From Eledone cirrhosa (taxonomy: Eukaryota): 64,000 bases of DNA. Shown piece after piece: positions 19,236 to 30,600 of this stretch (its first letter is position 1; each line of letters begins with the position of its first letter). The notes below the pieces were generated by a model. That model saw only the letters and a program-made list of their open reading frames with translations. It had not been told where the DNA came from and searched no databases. The DNA lies in assembly GCA_964016885.1 (NCBI GenBank), contig OZ024758.1, positions 9,300,001 through 9,364,000 on the forward strand, in the 5' to 3' direction. The translations under genes and the position numbers were made by a program.

Positions 19236-22200
19236 TGCAATATATTTTCAAAAGATATAGACAATAATAACACTATCACAACAACTAATAGAATTAACTT
19301 CAATTGAATGTTAATACAATATGATAGATTTGTAATTGTATTGATGTATTGATGTTTTCCAGAAAACAATTATCCAAAAAGTTGAAAAAGATTACCTTTT
19401 TATGAGTTTTGAGCATCTTCCAGAGGAGTTTTCTGCCTGTACTTCTGTGTATTTTGTCCGTACTACACCTGGTGTCATACCAATGCCACAATCAAACGAT
19501 GAAATGGCAGATTTGTCTTTTTATTTTGAGTATGGTGTTATAAATGGACATATGCTGATTGTTTTGGAGCAGATATTATTACAAGTAAGTGTGAAATTAA
19601 TAATTGTTTCTACTTTTGGCACAAGGCCAGCAATTACCCCAGTGCATTACTGGTACTTTATTTTATCGACCCCGTAAGGAGGAAAGGTAAACTTAACCTC
19701 GGCGGAATTTGAACTCAGATCGTAAAGGGACGTAACTCTTTGCTGTAAAGCATGGCGTTTGACCCTCTACCGATACAGTGTCAAATTAATAATGGTTTCT
19801 GATTTAGGTACAAGGCCAACAATCTTTTTGCGGGGACGGGCATGTCGATTAAATCAACCACAGTGAATAACCGGTCTTTTATTTTATCGACCCCGTAAGG
19901 ATGAAAGGCAAAGCTAAACCTCGGCGGGATTTGAACTCAGAACATAAAGAGCTGTAACTCTATGCTGTGAAGCATGGCGTCCAACGGTCTAGCAATACGG
20001 TCAATCCACCACCTTTGTTCAAGTTGAGATGGCACTGACACTACAAAGGAGCAGCATAAAGACATAGCACTGCGGCAGAAGGGAGACATTGCAGATATTA
20101 TTGTACCAGGGAAGTGCTGTATTTCACAGACCCCCCCCCCCTTCTTCTTGGCAATGAGAGAAAGAAAAGGGCAAGAGGAGGGGGCGACAGACTCAACACC
20201 TAGGTCAGAGCAGTGTTTTGGCTGTGCCTTGTGGACAAAATGGCAATTCTTTAGTTGACATAATTTCATAAAGGATATTTCTTCCTTTTATTAAAGAGCA
20301 GGTTGTTTAATGTACTATTTCTATCTATTTCATATTGTATAGACATTCAATTTAATAATCTCCATTAATCTACTTCCTAGGTTTACCAACCTCTGTTGTC
20401 TTTTTTTATTCACAAAAATTCTGATGTCTCAAATGAAGCCCTACTTTCTAATGAAACTCCATCTGAACCTACTTTTAAATCAACCAACAAAGAGAATATT
20501 GATTCAACTTCCTTCAATATTATAAAAGATGAATTTGTCATCGCTATGAAAAAATTCACATCCAGTATTACTCGGACAATTCACCAAATTGAAGGCGAAG
20601 TTCGGCTTGAAATAAATGAAAAATTTGAGAATTATGATTTGCTTTCCGATCCTGCAGAACTACTGAAAGATAAGGAGTTTCATGATTTACTTACCGAAAC
20701 CTGTACAGATTGGATGACACGGATTCTTGAGGCACTGGAAATTCAACTGAAGAAAGAACCACAAGGCAATGGGCCTCTAATGGAGATTGATTATTGGAAA
20801 GAAAGAAATGCAGCACTAAGTGCTCTAGTTGAACAAATTCGTTCAGGGACAGTACACCAAATCATGGATATTTTTAATTCCATTGACCATTCATTTGAAG
20901 AAATGTTGTCAGATTTGCATAAATATCATATTGAAGCAAAGGATAATGTCCGCTTCCTATCGACGCTAGAACGCCATTTCAAAAATATTTCTCATGGCTG
21001 TAGTTTCCAAGTTGTCACAGAAACGATTCCATCCATGATGAATGCACTAAGAATGGTGTGGATTATCTCAAGACATTACAACAAAGATGAGCGGATGGTG
21101 CCTCTGATGGAGAGAATAGCTTGGGAGTTGACTGAGAGAGTTGTTCAAGTTATTAATGTCCGCAAGTTGTTTGAGTGAGTTGTAATTATTATTCAATTGA
21201 AAGATCACTGAAAAAATGTCTAATATTTTTGGGTAGAATATTGCCAGAATTAACTTTGCTTTTCATCCTTTTGGGATTGGGAAAATACCAGTCATGAAGA
21301 CAGATGATGATAATAATTGTTTCTACGTTTGGCACAAGGCCAGCAATTACCCAGTGTATTACTGGTACTCTTTGTATTAATAATTGTTTCTACGTTTGGC
21401 ACAAGGCCAGCAATTACCCCAGTGCATTACTGGTACTTTATTTTATCGACCCCCGTAAGGATGAAAGGCAAAGTTAACCTCGGCGGGATTTGAACTCAGA
21501 ATGGCAAGGGCCGTAACTCTATGCGTCAAAGCATGGCGTCCGACGCTCTACCGATACTGCCAATAATGATTTCTAGTATAGGCACAAGTCCAGTCATTTT
21601 GCGGCGAGGGGAAAGTCGATTAAATCGACCCCAGTGCGTGACTGGTACTTTATTTCATCAACCTCCATAAGGATGAAAGGCAAAACTATCCTTGGCAGGA
21701 TTTGAACTCAGAACGTAAATGGACGTAACTCTATGCAAAAAAGCATGTTGTCCGACGCTCTAATGATACTGCTAATCCACCGCCCTCAATAATAATAATA
21801 ATAATAATAATAATAATTGTTTCTACGTTTGGCACAAAGCCAGCAATTACCCAGTGCATTACTGGTACTTTATTTTATCGACCCCGTAAGGATGACAGTT
21901 AATCGTGGTGGGCTTTGAACTCGGAACGTAAAGGGCCGTAACTCTATGCTATGAAGCATTTGTGTCCGACATTTTACCGGTACTGCCAATCCATCACCCT
22001 AATAATAATAATAATGATAATTTATTTTATTGGCTGCAAGCACCAAGTCAACCCTGTTAGGTGGGCATACTGATGACATGACAAAAAGCACTCAGTCCAC
22101 CTTGTAAAATAGTAGTGCTGGTGCCAGGATAAAAGTTCCCAATCCATGCTGAAATGTGGTTACTGTTAGGAAGACAACATACAGATGTGTGACAGAGTTT

Positions 22201-25200
22201 CTAGAGAGGAGGGCTACCACATAGAACCAGTTAACTCTTTCATAACCACATTTCTAATGAAATTAATTAATGAAGAATTTTGAGGGATTTACTAAAATTA
22301 TTAATTATTTCATTAAGGTTCTTATATAAAATTATGTTGGAAGATTTTAATTTAAACTGGAAACCTTTAAAATGGGTGATTTTATTTCATAGAACCAGAG
22401 CTGGTTTTGGCTGGTCTGGTAAGTAAAGGGTTAAGGAAGCATACAGATCCTAGCTTATTCTGACTAGCAAGGGAAAATGTCCTCTCCCAACTGCATTTTA
22501 TGACCAACAGAAATATGCTTGTTCACTTCAGTTGAACTATATTTGTCTCTTGAGATTTACACATCTTTGTATACCTTTACCTTCCTCTCCATACTCTCAT
22601 ATATCTACAACAATCAAGGGAACCTCTCTGTAGTTTCATTTTAATTTTATGTAAGAACCTTTATTAACTTATGTTCCAAACACCAACTTAATAATACAAA
22701 AGTTTGTCGCATTACTAAATCCATCCTAATTCTTGATTATTTTGAAGTTAGTTTGAAAATCAGTGTCTTTAATTAGAAATATGATAACAAAAATGTTAGA
22801 ATAAACAGTTTTGTATTGTAGAACCAGGGGAAGTTAGTTACTCACGGTTTGACATCAAAAGAATTAAACTATCTGCAGACATTTTGTTGAGTTTCTGAGA
22901 ATGACATTGTATTCTATATTGTCTTAATTCACTTAGTTATTGAGAATAGCTATAAAGATAGCTATAAAGATAAGGAGATACTACTTGTAATAATCTAGTA
23001 TTTTATCTTAACCATTTCATTGGCATGGAACTAGAGCTAAGAACTGGCTCTTCAAAACCTCTTATTCTTTGGAGACATTTAAATTTATTAAACAAGTGTT
23101 GAAAATATTCTGTTCCTTAAAGTTCTTCTCTCTTAAATTCACTTCTTTTCTTAAATGAAATTTACGCTTTTCTAGATTCAGCCTTGAAGAAGTAAAGAAA
23201 AAAACTTCTGGTGCTAAAAAAATGTTGACTACCTGGAAAGATTCTTACTTTGAAAGGCGTGCTAAAATTGAAGCCTCTGGACGAGACCAGCGGTGGGAAT
23301 TTGACCGGAAAAGATTGTTTGAAGCTACAGACTACATGGCAAATATAAATCAGGATCTTTATGACATAGCTCAGGTAGTTACCATTTAGAACAAAGAAAA
23401 TATCTTTAGGCCAACCATGGGCAACCTGTAGCATTCAGGCTGAATGCAGCTCTTTGTGACTTTTTCTTATGGCACGTATAATGTCATGATTTTATAAACA
23501 GCCATTTTGTAACACAATCCTTCAGTCTGATTCTATTAATTTGAGTTATTTTGTTTCTTTCTGTCATTCACACCTTTTTGGTGGAGCTGGCTGATTTCTC
23601 AAATAACGATCAATATAAACTATCGTGTACTCTAATACATACAATGTTTGGTATGATAAAAAGCACCCAGTACACTCTGTAAAGTGGTCATGCTGGTGTC
23701 ATGATAAAAAGCATCCAGTCTACACTGTAAATATGGATGGCATTAGGAAGGTCATCCAGCCATAGAAACCAGGCCAGAAGCAGTTCTGATCTGGCTTGTC
23801 TCACAATGGGACAACTTGTTTAACCCATGCTAGTGTAGAAAAATGGACATTAAACATCTCATAAGGTCCACCGTTAGAAAAAATGTTGCCCTTCCCTATT
23901 TTCAGGGCTTGACTATGTTCATTATGATAGAAATATGATGACAATTGTTTAGACATATTAGTTTCATTATTTTAAGTTTGTCATGCTTGAAGTTTAATTT
24001 AATATTTTTAGGTTATGGAAGAGTTTTATAACATTTTTGGATCTGAATTGAAAGCTGTTACAGGTGATCCAAAGAAAATTGAAGATGTTATTCAAAGAGT
24101 TGAAGGCTTAGTCAAGCCTCTGAGTGTGGTATGTATTGTTGATTAGTTTAAACCTTTAGCATTCACATTACTCTATATATACTATTGTATTTTCATGGTA
24201 AAGGCTTTACCTCACATAATATCGAATCTATGAGATTTTGAAAGTATTTATTTTGAAAACAAAACCTTAACATCAGTTTGAGCGACCAGTTACAGCCAGT
24301 TTCAGAAAAGGTAGAGAATTCTGGCCGGTTTTGGCCGGTTTGAACATTAAAGGGTTAAATAGATATTTCTGGTATATAAGAAAACAGATGTTTTCTTTTT
24401 ACTTTTGTTTTCCATACATATGTCTGCGATGAATTGGCAGAGTTGTTAAGACGTCGGATAGAACGCTTTAAGGTATTCGTCCCACTTCATCCTTTCAAGG
24501 TCGATAAAAAAGTACCAGTCCTGTACTGGGGTTGATTCTTCTTCTATAAAAAAATGTGTTCAGACCTGGACAGGGTTGGGCTCCGCCTGTTTTAAAAGTG
24601 CCCTAGACATCGCTGTAGATGGGGGCCTCTATGACTCCACAAGGAGTTATAAGATCTTCATCCTTTTTATATATGTCTGAGTTAGCTTTCTTTATAAAGT
24701 ATTATTTGTAGATTTGGAATGGGACAGCCATATTGACCCATATTGACCCATATTGTCAACAGCAGCATACGAGGGTCAGCTGAAAAGTTCATAGGCTGAC
24801 CAAGATACTCTCATGGAATAACCAAATGAGATTTATTTTTCAACATAATTCCTGGAAAGAAACAATGCAGAAGGCTTGCTTTAATTAACAATACAAAAAA
24901 TAGTTCTTTTAATTTATCAATAAAATTGTAGATATCGAACCAATATATACAAAGGGAAATAAATCTTATATAAAAATCTAAGGGCAATAATCGTTCAATG
25001 CATTTTTGAAAATATTCCACGAGTCTTACTTCATTCCAGAGTCTTAGATTCAAGTATTTTCTTTAAATTAGTTACCCACCATATTTCCATTATATTAGTT
25101 ACTCGCCACCACCAACATCATCATCATCATCATCATCATCGCCGCCGCCGACCCTTGATAGGAAGGCCATCCAACCATACAAAATCTGCTAAACAAAAAG

Positions 25201-27634
25201 CTGGAAGGACTCTTCAGCTGTGTCAAAGACATCATAGCTTCTCTAGTATTGGTGTCAAGATAAAATACACTTGGCAGAGCGCAGGATTGTATGCTGGACA
25301 CCTGACCCACCTAGGGGTCAGTAGCTCTGTTTGAGTACTGACCATTAAGCGATGATGATGATGATGATTGTCATGGCTTGTCTGATTATAAGCCTGCTCA
25401 ATTTGAGATGAGTTGGGGCTAAATAACTGTTTCTACTTTTTGGCACAAGGCCAGCTATTACACCAGTGTATTACTGGTACTTTATTTTATCGACCCCGTA
25501 AGGATGAAAGGCAAAGTTAACCTCGGCGGGATTTGAACTTAGACGGTAAAGGGACGTAACTATGTTGCAAAGCATGGCGTCCGACTCTCTACTGATACTG
25601 CCAATCCACCAACAACAAACAACTACAACCATATAATGTACTTCATTCACCTCAGAGTTCATCTATTTCCCTTTTATAAATATCTCCAAACATTTATACT
25701 GCATATTGCTATAACATTTATCCTTTCAGATAACTTTTGATCCATTTGCCTTAACAAGTAAAGTTTTATGGAAAACTTTGATGGAAAATTTCCAGAAAGA
25801 GGTTTTGTCAATTGAACAAGAAGCTGCTGGCTTTATTGATAAATCCTTCAAAAATTTACGATCAGCCGAAGGAGCTTTTGATATGTTGCTCAAATTCCAA
25901 CACATTCGTTCCAGAGAATCTATTAATAAACAACTAATGCAGAAGTTTACTGAGATATTAGAACAGTACAAAAAAGAGGTGAGTGTTTTTGTTTGTTCTA
26001 GAATAGTACATAGAAATTATAGGATTGCATCTTTGATTAATAACTGGTATGCAGCAGAAATGAAATCTGTGACCTTCTTTTAAGAAAGAAACAATAGAGA
26101 TTATGTGGCTTTCTCATATTATTGATGAGGAGGCGCATGATTTAGTAGTAAGTGTGTTGGACTTATGGTCACAATATCGATGGTTCAATTCCTAGACTGG
26201 ATTGTATGTTGTGTTCATGTTGCTCCAGTAAACTCAGCTAAAAATGAATATCATCAAAAGTTGTGGGTTTAACCCTGCAATGGACTGGTGTCCTGTCCAG
26301 GGGGAAGTCTTGCTTCATGCCATAGACAACAGACTTGTGGCTGGAGCAAAGCCAGATGGTGATGAAATTATTTCATTGTAATTTCTATGATTTTTCTTCT
26401 AGGTTGTATTTGTGGAAGAAGAATTTGTTAAAAACAGGAAAAGCCCCATCTTATTCAAGATGATGCCACCATGTGCAGGCCGTATTTACTGGGAACGGTC
26501 ATTGTTCCATAAAATAAAGCATACCATAATTTCTTTCCTTTCCTTTGAAGAGATGATGGGAACAGAAACTGGCAAGAAGGTAAGGTTTTTTTACTCCAAT
26601 TATAACTCCACTATAGTGGAGGTATGTGGCCTAGTGGTAAGGGTATGTTCCAAATGCAAACTATGGGTACATAAAAGATGTAGTGGGATCTCAGATAAGC
26701 TATCTAAGAACGTAGATTTTATATGTGGCCAATGCTCAGGTGCAATAAGTAGCAAGTGCCCACCGGATACTAGCTCCTTCTATTGCCCAGATGGTTCTAT
26801 AGAAATAGTGGACATTTTCCGTTACCTGGGTGACAAAATCAGCAGTGGTGGAGGGTGCTCTGAAAGTACAGTAGCCAGAGTAAGAACGGGATGGAAAAAG
26901 TTCAGAGAGCTAATATTGCTGTTGGCCACAAAAGGTTTCTCTCTAAAAATGAAAGGCAGATTGTATGATGCTTGTATACGAACAGCAATGTTACATGGCA
27001 GTGAGACATGGGCATTGTGGGCAGAGGACCCGTGCAGATTGGAAAAGAACGAAGCATGCTCCATTGGATGTGTAATAGTAATATACACGAACGGCAAAAC
27101 ATAAATGAAGTAAGTGAGAAATTAGGAATAAGAGGGATCAGATGCATATCGATGTATTGACGGAGTAAAACACACTTCAACAACATGTGTACCTGTCTTT
27201 CCCACACCAATTCGGACTGCCTGAAGAGGTCACAGCCAATGATGGCTATCACCGAAATATATATATCAGTATATCTATAATTTATAATAAACGAAGCCAA
27301 ATTTTACATATTTGACTTAATTATTTGACATTACTCCGGAGTAAACAAACCAACCTGCGTACTTTGTCGAGTGCTCCAATCTGCATACTGAGGTGTCGGT
27401 AAACAACCAACATATACTCAAAATATATATATATATATATAGTTTTAATATAGATGAGATTCTACAGGACCAGAACTGTTTCATTCTTTAGAAATCATCA
27501 GGATTCCTGATGATTTCTAAAGAATGAAACAGTTCTGGTCCTGTAGAATCTCATCTATATTAAAACTTTTATACTCTGCAATGTATTGAGTACCTTACTT
27601 GCTGTGGTTACCTCCGATTCAACCCGGAATAACG

Positions 27635-27674
<40 letters not shown>

Positions 27675-30600
27675 TATACATACATGTTTATTTCTCTTCC
27701 GTTAAAATCAAGGCCCGTGAGAAATATCTTACCGTTGGTCGTCTTATGAGAAGCTATGAGGGTGGCATTTACAACTCATGGAGGTTTGATGTTGAAAGCA
27801 AGCTGCCCAACTTACTAAAACGAAATCTGCTGACTAAGGTATCTACATTTGAAAACAAAACAGAGAGCCGCTCAGTAGTTGAGCAATCTTCCTCAATGAC
27901 TCGTAAGTATTCTTTCTTACACATCACAAAACTCTTCAGTGATAGTTTAATGTTTTACAGACTTTTCTCTCTTAGCTTTGTTGTTACCACATTTATAATT
28001 TAAGACACTGTCTAAGATTTACAAAACATTTTGAAAATAATCAAAGATTATGAAGGAATTAGTAATATCACTTATATTCCTCATTTCTAAGCTGGTGTTT
28101 GGAACATAACTTAACAAAGTTCCTTACATAAAATTATGATGGAAGATTTTTAGATAAATACAAAGTTTTGAAATAAACAGCACAATGAAATACATACAGC
28201 AGATTTGAACTCCCTGGTTCTATGAAACAAACCTGTCTATTTTAAAGTGTTCATGCATATACTAAAACTTTCCATCATGATGTTATCTAAGAGCTTTATG
28301 TTGTGTTCCACAAACCAAATTAATAATGATGCTAGTTATTTTATTCACTACTTCCAAATTCTATCTTTCCAAAATTAACTGAAACACATTCTTTTTCTTC
28401 TTAAGTCTGCCTCCATCGAAGGTGAATCATTCATTTTGCTTTTTCTAATGGCTAGAATATATGTGGCTCGTCACACCTGCATACTAATAGATTTCTCTGT
28501 TAACTGGAGCAGTTTTGTCAAATTAATAGTTGACCATCTACAAAGCCACTGGTGCTCCGATGCTGAGGTCATCTTATTAAACTGATGACCATTACATGAA
28601 CTACTGTTTACTGTGAGATAAGCAGGACTTTTATCAAGGCTTACTTCTCTAGATCCGACCTATCCTGCTAGACTATCCCATGACAATGTATTTCATTAGA
28701 AATATGACCACAAAAGGGTTAAACTGAAGATATTTCCAAATTTCTTTCATTATATGGTATTTTCTTTTATCTATTCAGTTAATTCCGTACATGAATTTAA
28801 ATTTGTTGTGGATTTTGATCCAATGCTACTTGAAATTATTGCCGAAACTAAATATATGGAACAGCTTGGCTTCCCTGTCCCTGAATTGGCTCGGAATATT
28901 GCTTTACAGGTAAAGTTCTTTGGATATTATTTTAATTATAAGAGTTGAAAGAACTCTCCAGTTGTGCCAAGGCTACCTCTGTAGTGTTAGAGACATGATA
29001 AAATATACTCTGTACATTCTGTAAATTGGTTGGTGATGATGGTGATGGTGTTAGTGGTAAGACTAGGCCTAAATAGAACTTCTGTGACAATAATATCCGC
29101 TTATGCACCCCAATCTGGTCTACCTGACATTATAAAAGACAGATTCTATGAGTCGCTTATGCTCACTACCTCCCAAATAAACGACAGTGACTGCATAATT
29201 ATTGCTGGTGACCTAAATGGTCACGTTGGACAACATTGTGATGGCTATGACGGAATCCATGGAGGCTATGGGTTTGCTACTAGAAATGAGGAAGGCTTCA
29301 GAATCTTGGAATTCTGAGACACTAATAACCTAACTATCTGTAACACAAACTTAAAAAAAATGAGACAATCACTTGATCACCTGTAGATCAGGGGAACACG
29401 CCAGCCAGATAGATTATATCCTTACTAGAAGACATGACAGAGTGTCTGTTGTAAACACTAAATCCCTCCCCCGTGAAGAATGCACCTCCCAACATAGCCT
29501 CATAGTTAGTGACCTCATAGTCATAGAGGGACCAGCGGTGCAAGTTAAAGGTATTATAATAAGTAAGGCAAACAAAGATATGAAGACAGGCAAGGCAGTT
29601 GGGCCTTCGGAGATAGTTGCTGAGATGTTGAAAGCATCTGGAATGGTGGGACATACTATGGTTACCCGGATAGTAAACCAAGTAATACAGAATGGGGTCA
29701 TACCAAATGACTGGCGTAGTAGCATCGTCATTAACTGCTACAAGGGTAAAGCAGATGCTCTAGATAGAGGAAACTATAGAGGCATTAAGTTAGTTGACCA
29801 GGTCATGAAGGTCACAGAAAGGGTTATAAGCACAACTAATCAGAGATCGAATTGATCTAGATGAAATGCAGTTTGGGTTTGTGTTAGGTAAAAGTACCAC
29901 GATGATGATGATGATGATGATATATATATATACACACAATATATATATATACACATACTCTCATGGAATGTCCAAATGAGGTTTATTTTTCAACATAGTC
30001 CCTGGAAAGAAACAATGCAGTTATTAATAAGAAGAGTTGAAATTAATGCATGCAAGATTTCACAGCTCTAGCATCACTCCTTCATAGTTAGCCTATGAAC
30101 TTTTCAGCCTACATTCATTTATTATGTTTATTCTAACACTGTACAAATAAAACTTTTCCTTGCTTTGTTGAGATTACTCAAGATAAGCCGGTATTAAAAA
30201 TAAATTCTGAAATAAACTTTAGGTGTAAATTTTTTTTTATACAGTTTTTTTGTAAATTTATTTCAGGAAGAAAAGTATATACATTATACAGGAAGCTTAA
30301 ACAACATGTTGAAGCATTATTATAGTTTATTGGCATCATTAAGTTCTGCTGAGGTTGGTACATCTTTTAGTTTTGTCCAGAGATGTTGTTGTTTTCTTGT
30401 CTATATTTTCAACCACAGCTGAGTTTCATGTTGAATATTTGCAGTATTACCTGCACTTTACTTTTTCTAGGGTTAGGGTAAGAAAATGTACAGACCTGTA
30501 CTTCCTGGTGGAGTCATAAGGGTACTGTTGTGATATTTGTGGTTAGATAGTTAGATTTGTAGTCATGAGGTTGTGAGTTTGATTCCTAGAACAGGCAGTG

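Noticed and set aside
27833-27844. Alternative donor AAG|GTATCT inside exon 10
   Set aside because: Phase 0 is incompatible with the phase-1 start of exon 11; the GTAAGT donor at 27903 fits
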